DNA from: Gammaproteobacteria bacterium
GTDB taxonomy: Bacteria; Pseudomonadota; Gammaproteobacteria; JAJDYQ01
Reading direction: 5' to 3'
Assembly (NCBI GenBank): GCA_022825085.1
Contig: JAJDYQ010000107.1
Span: 5,409-69,408, forward strand
Length of the DNA stretch: 64,000 nucleotides
This document shows, piece by piece, positions 44,452 to 54,829 of the stretch (positions are counted from its first letter, which is position 1; every line of letters begins with the position of its first letter). The position numbers and the translations under genes are program-made. The notes beneath the pieces were generated by a model. The model ran no database searches and was not told where the DNA came from. It saw nothing but the letters and a program-made list of their open reading frames with translations.

Positions 44452-45684
44452 TCAGTCCCAATTCAACCCGCCGCCTGTCTGATATTCGGTGACGCGCGTT
44501 TCAAAAAAATTCTTTTCCTTGCGCAGATTGACTTGCTCGTCCAGCCACGGCAGAGCAGCCTCTCTGGTTGCCGGGAAAGGTTCTTCCAACCCCAGCTGGC
44601 GGGCACGGCGATTGGCGACGAAGCGAAACTGGCAGCTATGATCTTCTTTGGCATAGCCCAGAATAGGGGTACGCAGAATATAACCAGCATACGCAGATTC
44701 GGCTGCCTCGGCTTCGTCCCACATGGCACGAATGGTCAGCGGATCCAGCTTGACATTTTCTTCCAGAATGATCTGTTTGACCACGCGGATACCGAAGGAT
44801 GCGTGCATAACCTCATCGCGCATGATGTATTGCAGTTGTTCGGCGGTACCTTTCATCAGACCACGGCGCTGTAATGCAAAGATAGGACTGAAGCCGTTAT
44901 AAAACCAGCAACCCTCAAAAATGCCACCGAAGAAAATGTATGCCATAACAAAATTCTCCAACTCATCACGATCATTCAGATCGATATCGCTACGTAAAAT
45001 GGAGTGCAACCGGCGATTCGCAATCTGAATTTTACCATTGATTTCCGGCACCACCCGGTAGCGGTTGTAAATCTCTCCCTGATCCAGACCTATGGTTTCA
45101 ATGCAGTGCTGGTAAGTCCAGGTGTGAAGTGACTCTTCATACACCTGGCGAGCCTGATAAATTTGCAGTTCCGGGGCGCTCATCTTTTCCATAACAGCCA
45201 GACCGATATTGCGCATGGCCAGAATATCGGAAGTGGTCAAATAGGAAAGCACATTCTCATAGACATGGCGTTCTTCCGGTGTCAGCTTATGGTGATAATC
45301 ATGCACATCCTGCGCCATATTGATATCCAGCGGTGTCCAGTGATTTTTGTTGGCATTGAGAAAGTAATTCCATGCCCAGGGATATTTAAACGGCGCCAGT
45401 TGATTGATGTCTGTCATGCCATTGATGACACGCTTATCGTCCGGATTGACAGGACTGGTGTCTGTAACTTTCGGAGGAGCATGGGCACCAGTAGCATAGG
45501 AACCTGCCAGCGCATGGTATGTGTCAGGCGATGTGTGCATATCGCTATTCGACTGACATCCGGAGTCGGTGGCAGTCATTGAAGCGTTAATCGCCCGGGC
45601 AGCAGATGGTGCGGTCGCTTCGGCTTTCACCGTTGCGGATTCCGCTTTCAACCCGGCCAGTGGATCTTCCCATTGTTGAAACAC
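44452..45684 (-). CDS. nrdB: Ribonucleoside-diphosphate reductase class Ia beta subunit (long N-terminal form)
   Basis: 410 aa; di-iron ligand helices (EESLHTWTYQ, MRDEVMHASFG). About 90 aa N-terminal extension as in Pseudomonas-type NrdB. Confidence 0.92.
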   Translation of the reverse strand: MFQQWEDPLAGLKAESATVKAEATAPSAARAINASMTATDSGCQSNSDMHTSPDTYHALAGSYATGAHAPPKVTDTSPVNPDDKRVINGMTDINQLAPFKYPWAWNYFLNANKNHWTPLDINMAQDVHDYHHKLTPEERHVYENVLSYLTTSDILAMRNIGLAVMEKMSAPELQIYQARQVYEESLHTWTYQHCIETIGLDQGEIYNRYRVVPEINGKIQIANRRLHSILRSDIDLNDRDELENFVMAYIFFGGIFEGCWFYNGFSPIFALQRRGLMKGTAEQLQYIMRDEVMHASFGIRVVKQIILEENVKLDPLTIRAMWDEAEAAESAYAGYILRTPILGYAKEDHSCQFRFVANRRARQLGLEEPFPATREAALPWLDEQVNLRKEKNFFETRVTEYQTGGGLNWD

Positions 45685-45725
45685 TCTATAATCTCCAGTT
45701 ATTCATTGGTATGCTGCCTGCGCTT

Positions 45726-48578
45726 TTATTGACATGCCTCACAATCAGGATCGAGAATGGAACAGACTCCAGATGATGTAGAGTCAGCATTATCACCCTG
45801 CATGTTATCGCTGCCAGTTTTTTCCATATGGGTCGCGCCCATAGATCGCAGGTAATAGGTAGTTTTAAGGCCCCGCACCCAAGCCAATTTATACAGATTA
45901 TCCATCTTTCTGCCGGACGGTTCGGCCATATAAAGGTTGAGCGATTGAGCCTGATCAATCCATTTCTGGCGACGGGCAGCAGCCTCGACCAGCCAGCGCG
46001 GGTCGATTTCGAATGCCGTAGCATACTGATTTTTAAGATCCTGCGGAATGCGATCAATTGGCTGCACACTGCCATCAAAATATTTCAGATCACCGACCAT
46101 AACTTCATCCCATAGATTGCGGGATTTCAGCTCCTTGACAAGATAGGGATTAATCACAGTAAATTCACCCGACAGGTTTGATTTTACGAACAGATTTTGA
46201 TAGGTGGGCTCAATCGATTGACTGATGCCACAAATATTGGAAATTGTCGCGGTAGGGGCAATAGCCATACAGTTGGAATTGCGCATACCAACTGCCATTA
46301 CCTGCTTGCGCAGCGCCTGCCAATCCAGTGTAGTGGAACGATCCACCTGTAGATAACCACCTCGATCGTCCTCCAGCCTTTCAATCGAGTCAATAGGCAA
46401 TATGCCCTGGGACCAGAGTGAACCGTCGAATGATGGATATTTACCACGCTCGGAAGCCAGATTACTGGACGCCTTGATTGCATAATAGCTGACAGCTTCC
46501 ATGGAACGGTCAGCAAACTCCACAGCCTCTTCGGAAGCATAAGCCATTTTCAATTTATACAGCGCATCCTGAAAACCCATGATACCCATGCCGACTGGAC
46601 GGTGCTTCATATTGGAGTGGCGCGCCTGCGGCACACTGTAGTAGTTGTAATCAACCACATTATCCAGCATGCGCATTGCGGTACCAATCGTCTTTTCCAG
46701 CTTTTCCATATCCAGGCCACTCTCGTCAACATGCCGCACCAGATTGATGCTGCCAAGATTGCATACGGCAACTTCTTCATCACTGGTATTTAAAGTGATC
46801 TCAGTGCATAGATTGGAGGAATGTACGACACCGGCATGTTGCTGAGGTGAGCGCAAATTACATGGGTCCTTAAATGTAATCCATGGATGACCCGTCTCAA
46901 ATAATAAACCCAGCATTTTGCGCCACAGATCAACAGCCTGCACTTTTTTATGGATGCGCAGCTCTCCATTGTCTGCCATGGCCTCGTATTCCTGATAGCG
47001 CTTCTCAAACGCCAGACCGGTCAATTCATGCAGGTCCGATGTCTCATCCGGCGAGAACAGCGTCCACACACCCTCCTCGCTGACTCGCTTCATAAACAGA
47101 TCCGGAATCCAGTTGGCGGTATTCATATCATGAGTGCGACGGCGGTCGTCACCGGTGTTCTTGCGCAGCTCCAGAAACTCCTCGATATCCAGATGCCATG
47201 TCTCCAGATAAGCACACATGGCACCTTTGCGCTTGCCGCCCTGATTGACCGCAACAGCGGTATCGTTGGCCACCTTCAGAAAGGGCACAACACCCTGAGA
47301 CTTGCCATTGGTACCCTTGATGTGCGAACCGAGGGCGCGCACACGGCTCCAGTCGTTGCCGAGACCTCCGGCAAACTTTGACAGCAGCGCATCGTCCCGG
47401 ATGGCACTGAAAATGCCATCAAGATCGTCCGGAACAGTGGTCAGATAGCAAGAGGAAAGCTGAGGCCGCAGGGTCCCCGAATTGAACAGGGTCGGAGTCG
47501 AGCTCATAAAGTCGAATGATGACAGCAGGTTGTAGAACTCCACCGCACGGGCTTCACGTTCCACCTCGTTAATAGCCAGACCCATGCTGACACGCATGAA
47601 AAAGGCCTGTGGCAATTCGATGCGTATGCCGTTCTCTGTATGCAGCAAATAACGATCATAAAGAGTTTGCAGCCCCAGATAAGTAAAATGCAGGTCACGC
47701 TCCGGCATGATGGCGGCAGCCAGCTTTTCTAAATCATAGGCGCCCAGTTGATCATCGAGCAACTCCAGATCGATGCCGGTTTTAATGTACTGTCTAAAGT
47801 AATCCGCATACATACTCTGCATATCGGCCTGGGCGGCACAGGTTGGCACACCACTGATACAGGTCAATACTTCAGTACGCAAGCCATCAAGCAGCAGGCG
47901 GGCGGCGACATAAGAATAATCAGGGTCCTGTTCGATCATGGTACGGGCTGACATAACCATCGCCGGACAGACATCCTCTTCCTTAATGCCATCAAACAGA
48001 CTTTTCATTGCATCTTCAATGATTTTGTCGCCGCTGACCGACTCAAGGCCGGCGGTAGCCTCGCCCATGACCACCCTGAGACGTTCCGTATCGAGATTGG
48101 CAGCCGAGCCATCGGGGCGAGTGACATGGATGGCACTGCTGACTTCAGCGGCTTCAGATGATACCTCCGTCTTGCGTCGGGCACGGGCATGTTCTTCACG
48201 GTACAACACATAGGCGCGGGCAACCTTGTGTTCACCATTGCGCATCAGGGCGAGCTCAACCTGATCCTGAATGGACTCGATATGCACGGCACCACCCACA
48301 TCAAGATGACGTGTGACTGCCCGGCAAACTTGGTCCGTCAGCTCATCAACAATCTGATGAACCCGGCTGGAAGCCGCCGCACTACCACCTTCAACCGCCA
48401 AAAATGCCTTGGTCATTGCAACCCTGATTTTGTTGGCATCAAAGCCGGTAGTTTTGCCATTCCGACGAATGACCCTGAAATCACCAGGGCTGGAAACATG
48501 ACCATCGATCAGTGACCCAACGGTACCGACAGACTGGGTGATGGTCTCAGCCACATCATGCATGACATTGGTTCGCAT
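45726..48578 (-). CDS. nrdA: Ribonucleoside-diphosphate reductase class Ia alpha subunit
   Basis: 950 aa; tandem ATP-cone N-terminus, catalytic core, C-terminal CxxC tail (DPDCEACQ). Confidence 0.95.
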   Translation of the reverse strand: MRTNVMHDVAETITQSVGTVGSLIDGHVSSPGDFRVIRRNGKTTGFDANKIRVAMTKAFLAVEGGSAAASSRVHQIVDELTDQVCRAVTRHLDVGGAVHIESIQDQVELALMRNGEHKVARAYVLYREEHARARRKTEVSSEAAEVSSAIHVTRPDGSAANLDTERLRVVMGEATAGLESVSGDKIIEDAMKSLFDGIKEEDVCPAMVMSARTMIEQDPDYSYVAARLLLDGLRTEVLTCISGVPTCAAQADMQSMYADYFRQYIKTGIDLELLDDQLGAYDLEKLAAAIMPERDLHFTYLGLQTLYDRYLLHTENGIRIELPQAFFMRVSMGLAINEVEREARAVEFYNLLSSFDFMSSTPTLFNSGTLRPQLSSCYLTTVPDDLDGIFSAIRDDALLSKFAGGLGNDWSRVRALGSHIKGTNGKSQGVVPFLKVANDTAVAVNQGGKRKGAMCAYLETWHLDIEEFLELRKNTGDDRRRTHDMNTANWIPDLFMKRVSEEGVWTLFSPDETSDLHELTGLAFEKRYQEYEAMADNGELRIHKKVQAVDLWRKMLGLLFETGHPWITFKDPCNLRSPQQHAGVVHSSNLCTEITLNTSDEEVAVCNLGSINLVRHVDESGLDMEKLEKTIGTAMRMLDNVVDYNYYSVPQARHSNMKHRPVGMGIMGFQDALYKLKMAYASEEAVEFADRSMEAVSYYAIKASSNLASERGKYPSFDGSLWSQGILPIDSIERLEDDRGGYLQVDRSTTLDWQALRKQVMAVGMRNSNCMAIAPTATISNICGISQSIEPTYQNLFVKSNLSGEFTVINPYLVKELKSRNLWDEVMVGDLKYFDGSVQPIDRIPQDLKNQYATAFEIDPRWLVEAAARRQKWIDQAQSLNLYMAEPSGRKMDNLYKLAWVRGLKTTYYLRSMGATHMEKTGSDNMQGDNADSTSSGVCSILDPDCEACQ

Positions 48579-48786
48579 TCTCTATCCTTGGGCTCTGCCC
48601 TGATGTATGAGCCTTATCCGGCGAGTCTTTGTTGTTTGGGTTCTCAATCTTGTTTTCATCCATAATAAGTAAGGCTTATTGGGCAAGCCTTTGTCGCTAT
48701 ACTACTACTGATTAATTAAGCATATACTACCTAAACATAAAAATATACCCTAAAACTCAACATGTCGTAGCAAAGATCTAACTTCA

Positions 48787-48802
48787 GCACAATATGTTGT
48801 GC
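48787..48802. promoter_or_regulatory. Candidate NrdR box (near-palindrome GCACAATATGTTGTGC) upstream of nrdA
   Basis: Matches the acaCwAtATaTwGtgt consensus recalled for NrdR operators; about 210 nt upstream of the nrdA start. Confidence 0.45.
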
Positions 48803-49120
48803 TTTTTCTCTGGATACACCGGGGAATAGCTGGGAGCAAATTGTGGATAAACCAGCAAGAGGACAATCTGCCGAAACGATTGAAATTTTTATTGGAGGGG
48901 AAATTATCTGGAAAATCTGGGAAGCAGGCAGGCTGCCAACGAATAAATGTAATCGAGCACCTTAAACAGCGATATGCGACCAGATCCGAGGTTGTTTGAT
49001 CTGAATCCGTGATAACGGAATCAGAACAGTTATCAATTCAGCATCAGATCATCGGAAAGTACTGTGGCGTTAAAACCATGAACGGATATGCCGGACAATA
49101 TGCGGTCGGCTCGATAATTT

Positions 49121-49705
49121 CTAATTAAACCTGAAATTATTCATCTGATCTGCCGCCTCTTTCGGTGCTTTTCTTGAGGTGGCCTCAAATTCGTCACCGA
49201 CATCAACCGGGTTCGGAACCTTGATGGTTGGGGCAGTCCAGCCGCCAGGCATTTCACCCATTTCACCTGGAGCCTCCAGCAGATCGTCCCACATTTTTGA
49301 CATGCCCCCCCTTGGATCCTCAGGATCCATCCAGCTTCCGGGCCAGCTATCAAAGAAATTGTTCCTTTGCCACCTGCGGTTGTTCATCCAGCCAGAGTTC
49401 CAGGGACCACGGTTCCAGGGGCCGGAGAAGGTTCCGAAGGGGGCTCTGTTCCACAGAGTGTTGCCACCGCCCCCCCGATGTAATTTTCCGTATGGATACG
49501 GCGGCGGATAGTATGGTTGTTGCGGGACTACCGGTGGATAGGCATATGGCAGCATGGGCGCTGCATATCCGCCATGATGGCTTCCGCTCCAAGGCACGCT
49601 ATCGCCCCAATACGGGCCCGGCCAGAGCTGCGCGGCTGCGGCAAAGCTCAGCGCAACTAATGGCAGGCTGACAAGCAGGTATTTTGCTTTCAAGGGATTT
49701 TTCAC
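49121..49705 (-). CDS. Secreted low-complexity Trp/Pro/Gly/Tyr/Asn-rich protein
   Basis: 194 aa; signal peptide MKNPLKAKYLLVSLPLVALSFAAAA, then repetitive W/P/G/N-rich segments (12 Trp). Confidence 0.65.
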   Translation of the reverse strand: MKNPLKAKYLLVSLPLVALSFAAAAQLWPGPYWGDSVPWSGSHHGGYAAPMLPYAYPPVVPQQPYYPPPYPYGKLHRGGGGNTLWNRAPFGTFSGPWNRGPWNSGWMNNRRWQRNNFFDSWPGSWMDPEDPRGGMSKMWDDLLEAPGEMGEMPGGWTAPTIKVPNPVDVGDEFEATSRKAPKEAADQMNNFRFN

Positions 49706-49833
49706 CGACGTGACGGGACTTTGTTGACTGATATTGTTCAGAGGATGATCATCTTAATACAAAATCGGCTTTTGCGATAGTCGTTGCAGATTGCTGCATG
49801 GAGACAAGCCGGAAGCCAATCAATCATTCCGAC

Positions 49834-52116
49834 TTACTCGCCCTCGGTTGCGACGACTTTGCTGTAATGACAGTCTTTTTCTGGACAGACCTGTTCAGCA
49901 CCCTTGCGCTTGGTGGTTTTCATTGTCAGCATGGGCCAATTACAGGAAGGGCAGGGCTCATCAACAGGTTCGTTCCATACAGCGTAGTCACAATCGGGGT
50001 AACGTGAACAGGAATAAAATATTTTTCCACGGCGTGACCGGCGGGAAACCATCTTCCCCTTTTTACATTTTGGGCAGGCAACCCCGGTATCAGTCGGCTT
50101 TTCCAGCGGCTCTATGAATGTGCAGTCAGGGTAGGCACTACACCCAATAAACTTACCATACTTTCCCTGCCGGACGAGCAATGCGGAACCACACAAAGGG
50201 CAACTGCGCCCCTCTACTATTTCGTGGCTTTCCTGCTTGCTTTCCCCGTTGATATTGCAAGTGTAATCACAATCAGGGTAGGTACTGCACCCGATAAAGC
50301 GCCCTCTTCGGCCAAGCCGTATAAGCAGAGGCGAACTGCATTTGGGACATTTTTCATCGATTTTTTCTGTTGTGGCATCTGTCCGGCTGACCGACTGCTC
50401 CTTATGTTTTACCAGCTTGATAAATGGCTTCCAGAAACTATCCATCACCGGAATCCAGTCTTTTTCTCCACGGGAAACCGCGTCCAGATCATCCTCCATA
50501 TGGGCCGTAAAGTCGTAATCGACATAGTTGGGGAAATGATTAGTCAGAAAACGGTTAACCACCCGGCCGACATCCGTGGGAAAAAAGCGCCGACGGTCCA
50601 TTTCCACATATTCCCGGTTTTGCAGCGTGGAGATAATGGACGCATACGTAGAAGGCCGACCAATACCATATTCTTCCAGGGCACGAACCAGTGTAGCTTC
50701 AGTATAGCGTGGAGGGGGCTCGGTAAAATGCTGATCCGCCCGGATAGCCTTCAAGTGAATCTCATCGCCCTTCTCCATATTGGGCAGCATTTTTTCATCG
50801 TCACCCTTATTGTCATCCCTGCCCTCAAGATAGATCGACATAAAACCCGGTTTAGCGATTGTTGAACCCGTTGAGCGGAAGGCATTACCTTCGCCGCAGG
50901 CGAAATCTACGGTTACGGTATTCAGCGTGGCATGAATCATCTGACAGGCCACAGTTCGCTTCCAGATGAGGCTGTACAGTCCATACTGGTCTTTGCTCAG
51001 TGAATTTTTAAGCGAATCGGGGGTTCGCATCACGGATGTAGGACGTATGGCCTCGTGGGCCTCTTGGGCATTTTTGGCTTTGGTCTTATATATCTGTGGT
51101 TTGGTCGGTAAATTTTCTTTGCCGTACTCGCTTGTGATATAGCCGCGTATCTCATCTATCGCATCTTTTGCCAGTGTCACAGAGTCCGTACGCATATAGG
51201 TAATCAGACCAACGGTGCCACTCCCGGTGTCGATACCCTCGTACAGTGTCTGGGCAGTACGCATGGTACGTTGAGCAGAAAATCGCAGCTTGCGAACTGC
51301 CTCCTGCTGCATGGTTGAAGTGGTAAATGGAGCAGAGGGATTGCGCCGGCGGGATTTTTTTTCCACGCTGGAAACAATAAGCCTTTTTCCTCCGTGCTTT
51401 TTCAGATTCTTATGGGCAGCTTTCGCATCTTTTTCATTATTGATGGTGAACTGTTTGACTTTTTCACCGTTATACATATTGAGTCTAGCGACAAAATCCT
51501 GCTCGTCTTTATTCAAATCAGCCTCAAGAGTCCAGTATTCGCGGGGCTTGAACGCCTCGATTTCATCTTCCCTTTCGGCGATCAGGCGAAGAGCGGGGCT
51601 TTGCACACGCCCGGCAGACAGTCCACGGCGGATTTTTTTCCATAACAGCGGCGACAGATTAAAACCTACGAGGTAATCCATACCCCGGCGCGCCAGTTGT
51701 GCATTAATCAGTTCCTGTGAAAGCTCTCGCGGATGTTCCATGGCTTCCTGTATGGCATGCCTGGTAATTTCATGGAAGACAACACGATAGACTCTTTTAT
51801 TCTTTAAGAGCTTTTTATCGTGCAACATTTCATGCAGATGCCAGGAAATGGCCTCCCCCTCACGATCCGGATCAGTTGCCAGATACAGGACGCTGGATTT
51901 TTTCAATGCCCTGGCAATGGTTTCAACATGCCTTTCGTTTTTCTCGATTGGTTCGTAAGACATTTCATAGTTATGCTCGGTATCTATGGCACCTTCACGC
52001 GGCACAAGATCACGAACATGCCCGTAAGAAGCCAGTACCAGAAAATCCCTGCCAAGATATTTGGTAATAGTTTTGGATTTTGCAGGCGATTCAACAATGA
52101 CAAGATTTTTGGCCAT
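49834..52116 (-). CDS. topA: DNA topoisomerase I
   Basis: 760 aa; Toprim N-terminus (LVIVESPAKSKTITKYLG), active-site region, and C-terminal C4 zinc ribbons. Confidence 0.95.
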   Translation of the reverse strand: MAKNLVIVESPAKSKTITKYLGRDFLVLASYGHVRDLVPREGAIDTEHNYEMSYEPIEKNERHVETIARALKKSSVLYLATDPDREGEAISWHLHEMLHDKKLLKNKRVYRVVFHEITRHAIQEAMEHPRELSQELINAQLARRGMDYLVGFNLSPLLWKKIRRGLSAGRVQSPALRLIAEREDEIEAFKPREYWTLEADLNKDEQDFVARLNMYNGEKVKQFTINNEKDAKAAHKNLKKHGGKRLIVSSVEKKSRRRNPSAPFTTSTMQQEAVRKLRFSAQRTMRTAQTLYEGIDTGSGTVGLITYMRTDSVTLAKDAIDEIRGYITSEYGKENLPTKPQIYKTKAKNAQEAHEAIRPTSVMRTPDSLKNSLSKDQYGLYSLIWKRTVACQMIHATLNTVTVDFACGEGNAFRSTGSTIAKPGFMSIYLEGRDDNKGDDEKMLPNMEKGDEIHLKAIRADQHFTEPPPRYTEATLVRALEEYGIGRPSTYASIISTLQNREYVEMDRRRFFPTDVGRVVNRFLTNHFPNYVDYDFTAHMEDDLDAVSRGEKDWIPVMDSFWKPFIKLVKHKEQSVSRTDATTEKIDEKCPKCSSPLLIRLGRRGRFIGCSTYPDCDYTCNINGESKQESHEIVEGRSCPLCGSALLVRQGKYGKFIGCSAYPDCTFIEPLEKPTDTGVACPKCKKGKMVSRRSRRGKIFYSCSRYPDCDYAVWNEPVDEPCPSCNWPMLTMKTTKRKGAEQVCPEKDCHYSKVVATEGE

Positions 52117-52146
52117 TAGTAAGGATATTCCTTGTAAAGATTCAGT

Positions 52147-52486
52147 TCAGAGGGATGGCACCCTGGATAAATGCTGTCGATTTAGCCCCTCAAAGGCCAC
52201 CTGTTCGTGGCTCTGGTTCAATAATACAGCCAGAACCACCCATTCGAGCTGGTCAAGTGTAATGTCATATTCGACTAATGCAATGACACGATCCACTACA
52301 GACTCGAAACTGTTGGGGAATAAAATCCCGGTACTGACCAGATTGAGTAGATAGTTGCCACAATCAGCGAAAGCAGAGGCCGCAGTCTGGAGCCGCCCAG
52401 CATCACCTGGGCCGTCAGCCTCCTGTAGAGTCCACTCCGGTCACCAATCATGTACAAACCATATCATCTCTGATTATTGCGAACAT
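52147..52486 (-). pseudogene. smg: smg (DUF494) remnant: frameshifted and shortened
   Basis: ATG at 52486 (overlapping the dprA stop) gives only MFAIIRDDMVCT*. The +1 frame then carries an Smg-like C-terminal half (CGNYLL ... VVDRVIALVEYDITLDQLEWVVLAVLLNQSHEQVAFEGL) with no start codon. Total span is shorter than a canonical smg. Confidence 0.45.
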
Positions 52487-53579
52487 AGTAGCCTCCACCT
52501 TCCGCACTGACTTTATTTTCCAGCTCCAGTATTAGCAGAATGGATGACAACTCGGCAACTGCCATGCCGGTTCTCTGGGACAGCGTGTCCACACTGACCG
52601 GATCAAAAGACATTGCCTCGAGAACAACCTGATGTGCATCGTTGTCAGAGCGATCATGAGGAACCCGGGCGGCATTCTCTGAGTCGCTGATTTCCAGCTG
52701 GGCACCTGCCAGAGTACCCAGCTCTTCGAGTATATCCTGGGCGGACTCAACAAGTTTGGCACCCTGTTTGATCAGTCGATGGCATCCTCTGGCCAGCGGA
52801 CTATGAATGGATCCGGGCACCGCAAACACCTCTCGATTCTGTTCAAGGGCGCGGTAAGCCGTGATTAAGGAACCGCTTTTTTGCGCCGCTTCAACGACCA
52901 GAGTTCCCAGAGAAAGCCCGGCAATAATACGATTGCGCTGAGGAAAATGCTGTGCCAGCGGCTTTGTGCCGGGCAGATACTCGGAAATCAACAGCCCCTG
53001 TTCAGCGATACGATGAGCAAGCTGACGATGCTTCGGAGGATAGACCATATCCAGTCCATTGCCGGTCACGGCTATGGTTTTACGATTCGCATCAAGGCAA
53101 CCAAGGTGACTTGCCGCATCGATGCCCAGGGCTAGCCCGCTGGTAATCGTCAACCCTGTCATGGCCAGATATGCGGAGAAATCATAAGCGGTTTCATAAC
53201 CGTTCCTTGTTGGATTACGGCTGCCGACAACGGCTATCTGGAGATTATTCAGAATACGGGGATCGCCTTTGGCAAACAATAATTGCGGAGGGGCACCAAT
53301 CTCCCTGAGGATGGCCGGATAAACCGGGTCGGTAACAGGTACAAGATGATGGTCGGCCGTGGCAAGCCACTGTAGCGCACCCTCAATCGCCCGCTCGTCC
53401 GGCTCTCGAAATGCTCTAAGCTGACCTTGATTCAAGCCGGCAGCCGTCAATTGGCTGTCATTGCACGAGGAAATGACCGGCGGCTCACCGAGTCTGGCCC
53501 GAAGTCTGCTGATTTTAAGCGGCCCCAGTCCGGGGACAAGAGTAAGAGCCAGCCAGCTACGCAGCTCGTATTCAGTCAT
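52464..53579 (-). CDS. dprA: DNA-processing protein DprA (Smf)
   Basis: 371 aa; Rossmann-like DprA core (IAVVGSRNPT, GLALGIDAASH) with a C-terminal winged helix. Confidence 0.92.
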   Translation of the reverse strand: MTEYELRSWLALTLVPGLGPLKISRLRARLGEPPVISSCNDSQLTAAGLNQGQLRAFREPDERAIEGALQWLATADHHLVPVTDPVYPAILREIGAPPQLLFAKGDPRILNNLQIAVVGSRNPTRNGYETAYDFSAYLAMTGLTITSGLALGIDAASHLGCLDANRKTIAVTGNGLDMVYPPKHRQLAHRIAEQGLLISEYLPGTKPLAQHFPQRNRIIAGLSLGTLVVEAAQKSGSLITAYRALEQNREVFAVPGSIHSPLARGCHRLIKQGAKLVESAQDILEELGTLAGAQLEISDSENAARVPHDRSDNDAHQVVLEAMSFDPVSVDTLSQRTGMAVAELSSILLILELENKVSAEGGGYYVRNNQR

Positions 53580-53588
53580 CTTACCGGT

Positions 53589-54698
53589 TTATTCCGGGGT
53601 ACGGACCTCATCAAGCAGACGCAAAGGCAAGCGAGACTCCATGACCAGAGCATAGCTCAGATTTTCAAAGGGGCGGATGACCATCAATGTCCCGGATCGT
53701 TCTGAGGGCAGCGTTACAGTATCGGTCGGATCGGCAGTCACGTCATCAGGAACCTGTATCGACTTGGTAAATGTGGACAGCACATGCCCCCGACCAAGGC
53801 CCTGCTGTGTGCCAGCATTAATAATAACAGTCTGATACCGACCGATTATGTTGGCACCATCCACCACATTTAAGATCTTTGCGGACACAAAGCTGTCAGG
53901 CACACTAGGGTAAAAGCTGGACAATTCGGCTTCTGATACGGTGGCAAGCAGGCGGTCCCCCACGCTGGCCTCCTGCTTGGAAGAGGTGATGCGCAGAGTT
54001 GACGGATCACCAACTCGTTCAAGTTTCGCATCACCAACAAAGATACCCTCGTAGGCAATAATATTGCCGACCACAGGGTCTCTGACAGGTTTTCCTCGGC
54101 TGTATATCTGGAATGACTGACCCGATTCGGCACGGCTTAGCCCTTTTACATAAATACGGTCTCCCCGTGCAAGGATGGTACGGTCTCCTTGCCCACGTAC
54201 AATATAGGGTGCCCTGTCTATGGTTGCCTTATCAAGCACCGTCAGACCGCGCAGAAGCTGCTGTATATCTTCGACCGGCACAACCGGGATGGCACTATCG
54301 ATGGGAGTAGCCTTGATCTGCGGCAATAACTTGACCGTTTCAGGGATAAAATCCGACTCATCCTGAACGGCATCGACAATATCCGGCGTGTCACTTCGGT
54401 TAATGGCCAATCTGGGCTGCCCATCAACATAGTAAAGCGAAATGACATCGCCCGGATAAATGAGATGAGGATTGGCAATTTGAGGATTATTTTCCCAAAG
54501 CTCTGGCCAACGCCAAGGCTTATCCAGATAACGGCCTGAAATATCCCAGAGGGTATCACCTTTTACCACGGTGTATGTATCTGGAGCACCCTCCCTGATG
54601 TTAAGAGTATCGGAAAAAGCCGGCAGAGCGGCCAGAAAACCCACTATCAGGCACAGAACCCGCGTCGGATGCAGCAACAAAAATGATTTCGCAGTCAT
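53589..54698 (-). CDS. LysM-domain periplasmic protein (TsaP-like, conserved dprA/def neighbour)
   Basis: 369 aa; signal peptide; LysM YTVVKGDTLWDISGRYL. Same position as Pseudomonas tsaP, between dprA and def. Confidence 0.8.
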   Translation of the reverse strand: MTAKSFLLLHPTRVLCLIVGFLAALPAFSDTLNIREGAPDTYTVVKGDTLWDISGRYLDKPWRWPELWENNPQIANPHLIYPGDVISLYYVDGQPRLAINRSDTPDIVDAVQDESDFIPETVKLLPQIKATPIDSAIPVVPVEDIQQLLRGLTVLDKATIDRAPYIVRGQGDRTILARGDRIYVKGLSRAESGQSFQIYSRGKPVRDPVVGNIIAYEGIFVGDAKLERVGDPSTLRITSSKQEASVGDRLLATVSEAELSSFYPSVPDSFVSAKILNVVDGANIIGRYQTVIINAGTQQGLGRGHVLSTFTKSIQVPDDVTADPTDTVTLPSERSGTLMVIRPFENLSYALVMESRLPLRLLDEVRTPE

Positions 54699-54829
54699 GG
54701 TTGTCCTTTAGTATAATGTGACAAAGACATATGCTGATTATATTCTAAGACAGAATTTCTCATTATTCCAGCATTATTTCTTAAATTTCGTGTACTTGGG
54801 ACAAAATACCAGAATTTTTCGAGAATATC

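Noticed and set aside
44031-44492. 153-aa plus-strand ORF near the nrdB 3-prime end
   Set aside because: Antisense to the zinc-ribbon ORF, overlaps the nrdB stop region and has a biased composition.
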